64,000 nt of DNA, taken from positions 368,517,252-368,581,251 of the forward strand of contig NC_085841.1 of the NCBI RefSeq assembly GCF_035594765.1, read 5' to 3'. The notes below the pieces were generated by a model. That model was not told where the DNA came from and made no database searches. It worked only from the letters and a program-made list of their open reading frames with translations. Positions 26,845-39,535 of the stretch are shown here, in pieces. This DNA comes from Anolis carolinensis (lineage: Eukaryota). Every line of letters begins with the position of its first letter. Position 1 is the first letter of the stretch. The translations under genes and the position numbers were made by a program.

Positions 26845-27675
26845 TGATACACAACAAGATTAGTACAACAGCAAACAAGATCCCTATGCTGGCTGTTGCA
26901 TTGGATCACACGTCGGACATTTCCCAAGTGTCTAGGACTGTGTGATGTATCGGCGAATAATGCGTGCAGATCCCAGTAAGGTGGCCGTCTGCAGCTGGTA
27001 GATGGTAATTTTGTCAGCGCCAATTGTGTTAAAATGCAAGCCAAGGTTTTACGCCACTGCACCCAGGTGTGCTGATCACCACTGGGACCACCTTGACTCG
27101 CTTGTGTCAGAGTCTTTGCAGTTTGATCTTTAAATCCTCATATCGTGTCAGTGTTTCCAGTTGCTTCTCATCAATCCTGCTGTCACCTGGGATTGCAACA
27201 TCGACAATCCATACTTCGTTTTTTAGCACAATTGTGAGATCAGTAGTCTTGTCCTTCAAAACTCTGTCCGTCTGAATTCAGAAGACCCAGAGCAGTTTGA
27301 CGTGTTCATTTTCTGTAACCTTTTTCAAGCTTGTGATCCCACCAGTTCTTTGTCCCAGGCAGATAGTATTTGTGGCACAAGTTCCAATGGATCATCTGAG
27401 CAACAGTGTTTTGCCTCTGCTTGTAGTCCGTCTGCACGATCTTCTTTCAACAGCTGAGAATGTGATCCATTGTTTTTCCTGCTTCCTTGCAGTGCCTACA
27501 TTTGGGATCTGTAGCGGACTTCTCAATTCTGACTTTGATGGTCTTTGTCCTAATGGCTTCCTCTTGGGCTGCAAGAGTCAGGCCCTCCATCTCCTTTTTC
27601 CAAGTTCCATTTGTGAGACACATCCATGTTGTCTCCTTGTCAATTTTGCTCTCAATTTTCCCCGGGACAGATCTG
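26845..27675 (-). mobile_element. Second, more diverged R4/Dong 3' fragment
   Basis: Homologous to 25000-25800 with many substitutions and a different 3' UTR. Begins immediately after (ATT)n 26788-26843. Confidence 0.88.
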
Positions 27676-28004
27676 TGGCATTTGGTACCTAAGTGTCTCC
27701 TTCTGCCAAACAGATACAGACAGACACACAGTTGATGCTTTTCCTTCAGCTAAGCCAAACTGCGGAAGAATCTGCCGGAAGGGATTTCCCAGCTCCAGAC
27801 ACTATCTGGGTTTAAATCAGCAGAAAAGAACAGTCTCTTCTGGCAGGTCTATCCAGATTATTCTGTAATTATGCTTTTAAAGTATTGGTTTCATATACTC
27901 TTTTAGCTGATATTATGTGTTGTGTAATTTGTTGTTGATCCCACACTTGATTCATAAAGGGGGGGGGGGGGAATAAGATGATAATGATGATGATTATTAT
28001 TATT

Positions 28005-28180
28005 TCCCAGCTAATTTCAAAAAGTTTGTCGGGTATTATTTAATTCATTTGTTGAGTCATTGGGGTTTTCTAAAGTCAGCACAATATCATCGGCAAACAC
28101 TTGAATTTCGTAGTCTTTTCCTGCTGCCCAAACACCCTTTAACTCCTTATTCCCATGTATTTGTTTTTAAACACTTGTAT
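28005..28180 (-). mobile_element. L1-clade RT relic
   Basis: The minus strand reads ...VFADDIVLTLENP. Confidence 0.6.
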
Positions 28181-28941
28181 ACAGAGTCTTTGGGGATAGA
28201 GAGACCCCCGAGGACATTCCCTCCTGTCTTGTTTTCACCTCCGTTTCCTAGATTTATGTAACTCAAGGTGTTTTGCTTCCTGCCTAATGAAGAGGTCACT
28301 TCCCCCATCGTCGTCTTCTTCCCAAAAGTCTTTATTGTGTGCTTTTGCCTTTGTGTGAAAAGGGAGCATCTTGAGACATCGCTGTCTCAAGATGCCTTAC
28401 AACACAGACATGAGTCAGCATCAGGGACTCTTCAACCAGAATTAGGTAATCTTCTTTTATCTGCTCTTTTATCTGATATATATTACCTGACACAATAATA
28501 GTATGTTTTTACCTTTTGAACCACATCTGAGAATCATCCAGTGTACTTTTTCTCCTGTTTCCTCCCATTATATAGTACTGGCTATGCTCCACTCTATTCT
28601 ACTGGAGGTACCCAGTATTCTTCCTACTGGTTATGGGCTCAGCATGGCTCTACCTCACTCCACTTTGCCACAGATGCCTAATATTCCTGCACCAACCTCA
28701 TTACCCTGGACCCGATTGCTCCCCTGCCTGGAGGTTTGATGGTAGCATGACTATTTCTGACTTAAGCATGGATGACCACTAACATTGCAACAGGGCATTT
28801 TAGGGCTTCCTTTTTGGCCACCTTTCGCAACACAAGAGTGCCTTGCTTTTTGGACTTTTCTGGAGCTCCAAAGCACCCCCTTCCTCTCCTCAAAACAAGA
28901 AGGGGCTCCTGCTGGGCATTTCCTCCACTCTTGGTCTACAT

Positions 28942-29314
28942 CAGGCATGGGCAAACTTTGGCCCTCCCTCCAGGTGTTTTGGACTTCAACTCTCACTGTC
29001 CTAACAGCCTTGGGCCCCTTCCTTTTCCCCCTCAGCCCCCTCAGAAGTTCGTTGTGAGAAGCAAAGAAGGAAGTATAAATAACTTCATTTGTTCTTGTAA
29101 ATAGTGCAACCATATTACTTTGCTATAAATAAAAGCATCCAAAGGAAGAGATAGCATTGGTCTGTGTGTTTTGTTCTTTTTATCTCTTTTGGCTACTGGT
29201 GCTGGGTCACACTGCTGCTAATAAGTTACTATATGTTTATAGGAAGGGTTTTTTGTTAATAAGCTCACTCACCCAACACAAAACATCTGGAAGGCCAAAG
29301 TTTGCCCATGCCTG
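28942..29314. mobile_element. hAT MITE whose centre is replaced by ~230 bp of unrelated LTR-U5-like sequence
   Basis: CAGGCATGGGCAAAC...GTTTGCCCATGCCTG, TSD GTCTACAT/GTCTACAG (7/8). The insert has AATAAA and ends ...CAACA. Confidence 0.8.
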
Positions 29315-30579
29315 GTCTACAGCCTATAGTTATTCCCAATGAGAGCAGTCACTGCTTCCATTGCATTTACCTATTTGTTGATCCTAAAGGATTCGCCAAG
29401 AGCGCTGAAGCCACCGGTTCCTGCATCAGGTGTGCCATCAGGACCCAGTCAATCAAACTCTGTTATTAAACCATTTATTTCTGCAGAGTGGTGGGATGGA
29501 ATGGAGCATTGGGTACTCAGTGACATTCCCCACCAATTGCACTGGGAATCATGGCTGGGAGCAGTGATTTTTCCAGCGTCCTCTCTGGCCTCGTTGGGCC
29601 CGCGATGCAGTCTGGAGGCACGAGGTGCAAAGTCCCTGCTGGCAGAGCAGAATCTGGCCCTACCGCTCTTCAGAGAGTTGGAATCGGATGGACTTTTTTG
29701 GTGTACGAACGAGAGAGGCCCCAGTTTTGTGGGGCAGAGGTGGAGGGCAAGCGCTCTTCAGGCTACATCTGGTTTCTGTGTGGTGGAAACAGAAACAGAA
29801 AGAACTATAAGGAGATCCAGCCAGACCCCTGCCTGCCCACCCATCCTCCTGCCCACCCTTCAAGCCCGGAAGCCGAAGACCTGGCCTTGGGGCAAAGAAG
29901 AACACCCCCCCCCCCCAACCAGGCACCCTGGCCACCCTGGGCATGGGGAACTCTGCACAAGCAGCAGGTTGAAAGAACAATGGAAGCCAGGAGGGGAGTC
30001 ACTTTTGGCCTCCCCACTGCAACACATGTGTGCGTGCACACAGACAATAGAGAGTCACTAGAGACGCATCAGAATAGACCTCTGTGCCCGACAGACTTTC
30101 TTGCCACAAGGCACCAGCAAAGACATTTGGCTAATCTATAGACCCCTTCACTTGGAAGAGACCCCAACCCTCTTCTGCCAGGTGGGAAGGCATAACCAAA
30201 GCCCTCTTGATAGATGGCCACCTGGTCTCTCTTTAAAGAGCTCCAGGTGCCAGCATATTTCCAGGCAGCAGTGGATTCAAATGGATCTCACAATCAAGCA
30301 TTTCTTCCTGATGGTTAGGTGGAACTGCATTTCTTAGAATCTGAATCCATTGCCCTGTGTCCCAGTCAGCCTCTCTGTGCCAAATTGTCAAGGAAGGCCG
30401 CTTGCAACAGAGGGGCAATTGCCTCCAACCTCCCCAGCCCTCCCCAAAGGCCCTTTCTTATGCTCCTGAGCATGTGTGGAGTCCATGGATGGATGGGGGG
30501 CTGACACCAGAAGGGGGGAGGAGGGGCCCACCCTTTTCATAGGGACAGCACCAAGAAGAGAACTGCAGGCAACCGCCAC

Positions 30580-30960
30580 TGCCTCCTTGATCTAAGGAAA
30601 GGAAAGCTAGACACCAATGGATAAGGTAAGAACTTATTTGGACTGAGGCGCAAAAGAGAAACAAAGAGCTTTGATAACCATGACAGAAGTGGTTAAGAAG
30701 GTCAAAACAGGAAAAACACCAGGACTAGATGGCTTAACTGCTACGTATCACAAAACTCTAGAAGACAAATTGCTTATGCCATTTCCACAGAACACAAATT
30801 CAATTTTGAATTCTGGAAGTTCACCAGACAGCTGGAGTGATGCTAATATAACTTAATACCAAAAGAAGATTGAGATTTGCGGGATCCCAAGGAGGACAGA
30901 CCTATCTCTGTGTTGAACAAGCATTATAAAATATCTGCATCGATGTTAATGGACAAAACT
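30580..30960 (+). mobile_element. L1/Tx1-clade RT N-terminal relic
   Basis: KTGKTPGLDGLTATYHK...PDSWSDANIT-IPK...RPISVLNKHYKI. Confidence 0.8.
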
Positions 30961-33900
30961 AAGCCATAACACCTGGAATCCCATAGCATGGAGCCACGGC
31001 TGTTAAAAGTGATGTCAAATGGCATTCATTCTGCAGTGTAGATGCACCCCATGATAACGAAAGCGAAAGCAAGGGGGAGGGAGTTGAGAAGGGAGAGGGA
31101 GGGAGGGAGGGAGGGGCTCTTCAGCCCTGGGTTCCCTCCCTGAAGAACCATAGAATAATGGAGTTGGAAGAGACCACATGGGACATTTAGTCCAACCCCC
31201 TTCTGCTATGCCTGGTGAAAGTGGCCTCGCAGTGTTGTAATCCTATGCCGTGAACACACTCCAAGCAGAGAGACCCCTTTGTGCTCCTGGGGGGCTTTGC
31301 TATTTGGTTTTAAAGCTCTCTCTCCCTGCTTGTTTGTGCGTGTGTGTGTTTGTGCATAAGTGTGCTGTGTGTTGAGATCAATTCCCTGCTGCCTCCTGCT
31401 CCTGGCTTGGCTTTGGTTTCCTTCTGTGGCTGTTTCAGATTTTATGCTCTTTTACAGCATCATATGCAAGTTTTATGACTTAATCTTTATCTCGGCAGCA
31501 GCCACTTGCAGAGCTCCAGCTCCTGGGCATTGCGGAAACGGAGGCATCTGATGCATGGAGTCACCCCTCGCCTGCAAAAACGGGGGCAGAAAGATGCATT
31601 TGGAGAGAGGAACAGGGGCCCACCAGCTGGAAGAGACTCAACCTTATTAAACACAACACCCCCTCAATGCCACAGGTGCAGCTCTCCCCAAAGCCATCTA
31701 GTCCAGCCCCCAACACAAAGGAATGCCCAAATGAAGCCCAGTCACATGGGAGGCCCCCAAGCCCCACCTTTCCCCTTGGCACTCTATCGCTCCCCCCCCC
31801 CCCCTTATATCACATAAAATACATTGGACACCCCTCTCTCAAGCACAGGATAGTGAGACTGCATTAACTGAGCCAGGCGACCATTGTGCTGGATAGCAAC
31901 AGAACATACAACCCAAGAAGAATCAAGTACATGTGCCACTCAGGCGCATCTGCTGTGCAGGCGCACCTTACGGGCCTGCGCACTGCCTGCATGCACAGTG
32001 ACACCGACCTTCAGTTGAACGCAGGCCTTCCTCCCCACACAAAACATCTCCAGCTGCTTCTGCAGGAAGACCTCTGCAGATGCCTGGCACCTACAGGATT
32101 CCAGTCAAGTGAACACATTTGGTTGAAAGACTGCTGTTCCTGTCACTCCAGTGTGACTCCAGTGAAGGAGGCCACAGTTTAGGAAAGCCAAGACTGGCCA
32201 GGACTGGCCACTTCCCTCTGGTCTCTGGCGGTTGAAGGGAGTGATGGATGCACATCCTCATCAGCCCCGCACAGCCCACACTTCAGTGGAGACACCAGGC
32301 AGAAAGAAGCCCAGATCAGTACGAAACCCCAAGGGCACAAGATGCAAGAAGGAAAGGTGAAACTCAAAGCCTCTCCAGCCACACTGCAAAGCAACCTTAG
32401 TCTGGGACCTGTAATTGGACCCCATCCCTGCAGGACCGAGAGACACACAAGGCTTGCAAGCACAACAAGCAGCTTCCGAAGGGAGTCGAAACCGCAGCAT
32501 GCCTCCTCTGCCGTCACGAGGTCCAAAAGCATCAGGAAGGAGAAGGCCTTTGCCAGCCCTCTCTTCGCCTGCAAGGGCCCCACAAAAGCAGCAAACACAG
32601 ACTCTCTTGGGGTGGGGAGAAGAGAGCTTTAGAAGCCCCCACCCCGGTCTTGACATAAGAAGAGCCCAATCTTCTGCCACCATACCTTTGCCTCGCTGGG
32701 AACACCATCCCATCCACACAGGAGCCCTTCTCTGGGAGGAGGCCTCAGAGTGGCCTTTTGTCTGAGTTTCACAGCAACATAACCCAAAAGGACAGCAACA
32801 CAACCCCCAGAAGAGGATTGTGGGGGGGGGGTGCATAAAGGCCATAGAAAAGAGAGGGGGAACAGCCCCTGCATAGAAGACGCCTGAGCCAGGGCTGGGC
32901 TTGAGCCTCCAGAGCCAGGCAAGTGAGAAAGGAAATGCCCCATCCATCTCCCCACGGACTGGGCTCCCTTCCTCAGCTCCTTTTGCCAGAAGGAGTCAAG
33001 AGACAAGCAGGTTGCCCACATTTAGTAACCACTCTGCTGGATTTCCCATTTCTTTAGTATCTGAACTGGATTTTGCAAATGGGAGCTGGCTACAGGGAGT
33101 ACACGATTCTCTTCTTGCAATAGCTGCAATGGCTAATGGTCCACCGTTCAAGGTGCTGGTTTGACCTGCAAAGCCCTATAAAAACGTGAGTCCAGGCCAA
33201 TTGAAGTGACGCATCTCCTTTCATGAGACGCTTTGGCCTCTGAGATCTTTTGGGGCAGCCTTTCTCTCCATCGACCACCTTCCAAGGCTCATTTGATGGC
33301 AACAAGGGGGGGCAGCGCGGCCTTGTTGACTCTGGAGTTCCCTCCCCAGAGAGGCCCGCTTGGCCCCATCATTACTCTCCCTTCAATAGCCTGGCTTTTA
33401 AAATCTGGGCTGGGTTTTAACCTGGAGCAGAAGTGTTTTCAAGGTCTTTCAAGGTAGATGGCCTTTAAATGAACTTTAACTTTTTACATATGTCATGTTG
33501 TCACTTTAGATATTAATAGTTTTTGAATAACTTTTATATTCATACCTTTGTTAATGGTTTTATAGATTTCTCATCTGTACTGTTTTTCAAATATGTTGCC
33601 TTCCACTTTAGGGGAAAATTGGGACAGAGTTAAACACATCAGGAGACCTCCTTGCGCCGAGGCTCAGACATGTCCCTCCTCCGTCCTGGATGCGCCTCAG
33701 CCTCCTCTTGACAGAAGAAGCACCAACACAAACAAAACAACAGCGGCCCAGCTGTGTATTTGGAGAACACAAACAACCCCTCAAACTCAACCAGAGAAAC
33801 AGCCAGTAAAAAGGAACTGCTTTGGGCCAATTCCAGAAAAGGAGAGGAGCAACCTGGATGAGAAATGCACACGGCACCAAGGGTGAACCTCACCGGCATT

Positions 33901-34516
33901 CCAGGATAGCTCCACTTCCATTCAGAGCTGTCTCCTTCCCAGCAGCTGAAGGCACAAGGAAGCCCCCCAGAAATGGGCTGGCCTTAAGAGACTGACATTT
34001 CCTAGGCCACCACGATCAAGGAGGAATCGTAGGGTCATATACAGTTGGTCCAGCCTCCTCTGCAAACCAGTTGACACAGTCCAAGCACTCTTAACAGACT
34101 CTGCTTGAAAATCTTTTAAACTTAGAAACAGGCTTCTCCTCAATGTGGCATCCCTTAAACTATTTCTCATGCCCTTCCTTCAGCCTTCTCTTCTCTAAGC
34201 TAAACATCCCCAGTTTCCTATTCTGTTCCTCAGAGGGATTCATGGCTTCCAAACCTTTGATCTTTTGGATGGCCTTCCACAGACAGCTTTCCAAAGCCCC
34301 TTCCATGGACAGCAATGTGCAAGAACAATACAGCACCAAAAAGGGGTGTCAGATCCAGCTGTGCCACAAACCGCCCCAGAACCCTCTGTCTCCCTCTGCC
34401 CCATTGCCCCCAATGCAGACAGGGCAAGCAGCCATAGAGGGGCCCCTGCTAAGGCTTATTCAAAGAGGGATCAACCATTCCCCCGTCACACCAACTGCAT
34501 GTATGGATGGAATAAT

Positions 34517-34522
34517 TTTATT
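34517..34522 (-). terminator. Likely LRFN5 polyadenylation signal AATAAA (3' UTR ~35099-34500)
   Basis: TGTAAAATAAA on the minus strand ~580 nt after the stop. An upstream TGTA lies at ~34555 and a GT-rich element (GTTGGTGTG) follows. The intervening UTR lacks recognisable TEs. Confidence 0.65.
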
Positions 34523-35099
34523 TTACACAACATAACAACACAGAGTTGTTGGTTTTGTACAGCATCTGCCTGGAAAACGAAGGCAACACCATTGTCAATG
34601 GGAAAGGAAAAGAAAAAGACACTCAACCGCTTTTGAAAAATACTCTTTTCTTCCCCCTTTTTTTTGCGTACTGACAGATCCGTTGTTGTTGTTGTTGTTG
34701 TTTGGCGCGGGGGGAGCCGATCCCTTGCCCAGGCCCCGTTTGTTCCCAATCTGCCAGCGAGGGACCAGAATGCCAATCCAAGGGGAGGGGAAGGCACTGG
34801 TGCTGTTTTCATGCTTTTTCCCTTTTTAGATAAGGATCTGCCTTCATTGGGAAGATTAAACCAAACGAAAACCCAAACGGAAGAATGTGGAGGTGCTCAG
34901 TGGCTTGTGCACAACTTTGCACGGACACGAGGGGAGGGCGGGAAGCCCCCCATGGACAGCTCAATCGGGCGGGAGTCCTCGGGCAATGTTTGGAAAGGGA
35001 AGGCGGTGGCGGTGGGGGGCCGCCTCCGTACTCCCCCCTGCCCGTCCCCCCTTTTGAATCAATTAGAAAAACCCATCACCACACACCGCAGCAGACCGG

Positions 35100-36144
35100 T
35101 CACACAGTGCTTTCCAATATCCACTCAGAACTGGAAAAAGTCGCTTTGCCGCTATCTGACTCTGAGCCTCCCGTTGCCGGCAGGAGCAGCATCCCGTTCA
35201 TGGAGAGGCTCCGCTTGGACCAGAATCCGCCCGGCTGCTGCGCGGAGGGGGAGGCGCTCACGCGGCAGTAGTACTCCACCGCCTCCCCTCCGTTCAAAGA
35301 GTACCGGCGCTTGGCCCGGGAGGGGTCGGCCGGCAAGGTGAGGAACTTACTTGGCTTGGCTTGTGCTCTTCTGTACATGGAGGAAGGCGTCACCCGGGCG
35401 CAGTCCAAACCCCGGGCCCCGGCCAGCTGCAGTGCTGTGGAGTTGTTCCGGTTAGTGTTCTGGGACTCCAGGCCGGTGGAGGAGGCGGCGGAGGCGGAAG
35501 CGGCACCGGCACCCTCGCACGACTGCACCAGCAGCTCGCTACCGGGCTTTGGCATGGACTTGCGCTTCAGCTTCTGAGAGCCGGAAGGGCCCGCAGTCCA
35601 CGTGTGAGGCAACGTCGCAGAGGTAGCGGCAGCACCAGCTCCTGAGGAGTCCTGGCCGGAAGAGTCCGAGGACGAGGGCACAACCACCGTGCTGTCGCCT
35701 CCAACTTTGCAGCACTTCAGTTCCTCCTCATGGCCCACGGCAGCCTGCTTGGACCCAGACGGCCCCTGCCCCTGGGCCCCGTTGGTCTGCGAGTACACAT
35801 TGCTGACCTTGGTGGCCTTGTGGTGCCCGCCTCCGCTGCCCCCACCGGGACCGCCACCGTTGTTGCACACCTTGTACCGGATCATGAGGATGATGATGAA
35901 GACCAAGACGGAGGCCACGATGATGCCCCCGATGATGATGATCATGGTGCCCCCCAGGAACTGCGACTGCATAAAGTGGCACCGGACATAGTCCTGCTCC
36001 GTGGCAAACTGGATGCAGCCCACCACCCGCGTGGCCGTCAGGGAGGTGATGCCGTCGTCGTAGATGGCCAGCACGCACAGGTCGTAGGTGGTCCCCGCAG
36101 CCAGGTTGTTCACCAGGAAGGTCTTGCTGGTGGGAGGGATCATC
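35100..36144 (-). CDS. LRFN5: LRFN5/SALM5 second coding exon (rest of FNIII, TM helix, cytoplasmic tail ending EWILESTV)
   Basis: Acceptor ctctcccccccacag|G at 36144 completes the Arg codon, in frame with [17 protein letters not shown]...[30 protein letters not shown]. Stop TGA at 35102-35100. The spliced CDS is 2451 nt = 816 aa. Confidence 0.95.
35345..35354 (-). other. LRFN5: Internal consensus 5' splice donor CCAA|GTAAGT inside the last coding exon (after ...AQAKP)
   Basis: The minus strand reads GCC AAG CCA A|GT AAG T, with the exon boundary after 35351. This matches the point where canonical mammalian SALM5 diverges (...AHIKP-NALL...). Use in this species is not shown. Confidence 0.6.
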
Positions 36145-39100
36145 CTGTGGGGGGAGAGAAAGAGAGCGGGTCAGCACTGGGCCTTACGCTCTGGGCCCAA
36201 CAGGAGTCCCTCTGGGGCCACACAAAAGGAAAAGGAAAGGGCCTGAGGCTGTTGGGAATGGTGGGAGTTGAAGTCCAAAACACCTGCAGGGAGGGCCAAA
36301 ATAGGATCAAAATTGATCGAGAGCAATTAGACATAGGGAACCTTGGGGTTGGGGCTACTTCCTTGTTATTCACCTCTGCTTGTTAGGCATATTCAACCCA
36401 AGGTATTTTGCTTCCTTCCTGCATGTAGAGGACTCTTCTTCCCAAAATGTGTTTCAGAAGGGAGCATCATGAGGCCTCTCTCCGCATCAATCAAGATGCC
36501 CTGCACACACTCAGTGAGAGTCTGCATTAGGGACCCTTCTGTCAAAGTTAAGTCACTTTCTTTTTCTCTATCCAATCTTTGATTACTAGCATCTATTGCA
36601 GTGGGTTTTTGCCCCTTTTCAAGCCATAGCCTCCTGTGTTATTTCCTCTCCTATTTCCTACCATAAGCTCATATATAACACAGGCTACACTGCACTCAAC
36701 CCTGCTACGGATATCAAATATTCCCTACCCTTTCTTCATCATACACACAGAAGTCAAATTATTTCTTGCTCCTTGTTGGAAATAGCTACGTACCAAGCCA
36801 CTCACTATTTATTTGTTAATGTGTATATTTGGTAACTTGTTTTCTATGTGTATGTTGGTTTGACTCTTTGGTGTGGGAGGAGTTATAGACATGTGATTAT
36901 ACTGAGCATGTGCAGACTCAGGACTCCATTTTATATTCAGTATCTGTTTAGACCTGAAAGTAGGTGCGTGCATGCAATTATCTGTTTGGACTTCAGTTGA
37001 AAAATCAGTTTAGAGACTTCAACATTTGCTTATGGACTTCAGTGAGCACAACTATACTCAAAGACTATGGACTATTGATAAAGAATTATATCCTGTGTTC
37101 TCAACACAGAGAGAAAGAACTATGGTATATTGTTTCTGAAACTGAACTTTTTAAATAAATGTATGGTGAATTAACACAAGATACATTATTTTTCAAAGTA
37201 GACTTTGTTTTTATCTCTGAGTGCATATTTTAACTACGGTAAGAGGTTTAAAGGGAGTGTATATCTTTTGGGCAACTTCAACTGCAAAGAAACAACCATC
37301 CTCTGCTAACTAAATATATTTTTGTAGTGGCATGTCTTTACTCTTGGCAGTCTAACAACATGGTTTTTCAGTTTAACAGCTGAGATACCTGTGTGCCATT
37401 ACATGAATGCTTATGAATATCACTTGTTCAAAGAGTTGACTTTTAACAAGGTCATGCTTTCCTTGACTAGTGGTTTTCCAAAGGTGGTCTCCACATATTC
37501 ACGCCTACCTGTATTTTATAATGTGTTTTATGAATACTGATAATAATGATAATTTTTAACTGATTAATATTGCACTGTATAATTTTTATATATGTGTTTT
37601 ATTGGAAGCCGCCCTGAGTCCCCTGTTGGGTGAGAAGGGCGGGATATAAATATTGTAATAAATAAATATTATAATATTCATGGCGATTCACATTTGTCAA
37701 AAGGACATGTGCCCATAGACTGGGTGCAGTTACGTTCTGATAGCTTATGTAATAGGTTAGGTTTTGCAATAGGTTATGGAAAGTCAATCCTCCCACACAT
37801 CCTGTTCTTCCAAGATGAACAAATCAGGCACAAACACACAAAAGGGAAGCCCCGCCCCCTTTTTAGAAGGCTGGGTACATGTTAATTAATTTTGAGCCAT
37901 TTGACAGAGGCAGAAGCTGAAACATTTTGCTAATATGTTTATAAAGTTCTGCCTGCTCCTCTCCCCCCTCCCTGTGCATATATATTATATTCAGAGGACA
38001 AACATATGATAAATCACATCAAGTGTGACTCTTCATCAGCAGCCTCAGAGAAAATCCACTTAGCAATTCCAACGCTTGGTCCACACAACTCTGCCCCTGT
38101 CTATCTCCCTGCAACGTTGGCTGGGATTTGGGGGGGGGGGGGCTATGGACGTGACCTCTGGGCCTGAGGCCCCGCCCATGTCGCCCCCGCAGACACACAC
38201 GCATACATGCACATATGCGCACACATCGTCCAACACATGGAGGGTGTTAATGTCCTCTTAGCTGGGCTGACTCTGCTAAACAGATTACCTTGGCGGATTA
38301 AAGGTCAGCACGGATTATCCCAAAATAAGCACAAATCAACATTCAGCAACAGCAATGGCACTTGCCTGCCACCCCACCGGCGGCAACTGACCCTTGCCGT
38401 CTCCAACTGGCCCCAAACCGGACCGGGCAGCCCCCTCCCTTGCATTTGCATTGCATTTTATCTCCCTCCCCCCCCCCACCCAACACATCCTGCAAGGCGC
38501 TGGATTTCCCAGGCCTGTTCCTGTGTTAACACCTTTACACCTGAAAGCGTTCACATTTCTCAGAGTGATACTGAGAACAAACACGGCAGCACGAAACAGC
38601 AGGAAAAAAACTAAAACCTTGAAGGAATATATTTAGAAAGCAAATGGTGGTGCCAGGAGAACATTTCTGAGGAAGGGGCTCCACAGACACAGCGTCATCG
38701 TCCTGTCCCCCCAGACATACACACACACACACATATTCCACCTTCAAAATATACTAATATTAATATTATTAATAATAATTTTATTTTTATATCCCGCTTC
38801 CATCTCCCCAAGGGGACTCACTGCCAGCCAGCCACGTTGCTTCGGCCTTTGGAGGCACCTCAAGAGCCCGTCTTGAACTGGATTACATGGCAGTGTAGAG
38901 TAATATAGTCCAGTTCAAAGCAGATCACCTGGGTTTTATATGGCAGTGCAGAAGGGGCCTGAGTCTCCACTATCACCACAGATATCTATATATGGTCCCA
39001 AACAAAAGTTGTTTACACTTGTAAATACTGATTGAAATGGTTATAATATCTAACAACTAGTTTAACTGGTGGATAAATATTATAACCGTTTCAATCAGTA

Positions 39101-39210
39101 TTTACAAGAGTAAATAACTTTTGTTTGGGGCCCCGAGTCTCCACTGCCATATAACCTGGGACAAGCGGATGGTCTGGGATCGGTTCCTGGGATTTACGGC
39201 AGTGTAGAAG

Positions 39211-39535
39211 GGGCCCCGGTGGCACAGTGTGTTAAAGGGCTGAGCTCCTGAATTTGTGGACCAAAAGGTGCCAGATTCAAATCCCGGGAGTGGAATGAGC
39301 ACCCGCTGTTAGCCCCAGCTCCTGCCAACCTAGCAGTTCGAAAACATGCAAATGTGAGTAGATCAGTAGGTACTGCTCTGGCGGGAAGGTAACGGCGCTC
39401 CATGCAGTCATGCCAGCCACATGACCTTGGAGGTGTCTACGGACAATGCCAGCTCTTCGGCTTAGAAATGGAGATGAGCACCAACCCCCAGAATCGGTCA
39501 CAACTGGACTTAACGTCAGGAAAACCTTGACCTTA
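39211..39535 (+). mobile_element. Full-length Sauria SINE in the LRFN5 intron
   Basis: tRNA-derived head with A/B-box-like motifs and an (acctt)-type tail. TAGAAGGGGCC is duplicated at 39205-39215 and 39534-39544. Confidence 0.9.

Noticed and set aside
1-35099. Downstream exons for the mammalian-type SALM5 ending (NALLTNVDQIVQETQRLELI)
   Set aside because: Not found by eye. Such exons would be short, so absence is not established. The QALLTDS match at ~34082 is on the wrong strand.
36814-37357. Possible solo LTR (TGTTA...TAACA) in the intron; likewise 46768-47264
   Set aside because: LTR-like ends and AATAAA but no target-site duplication, so not called.
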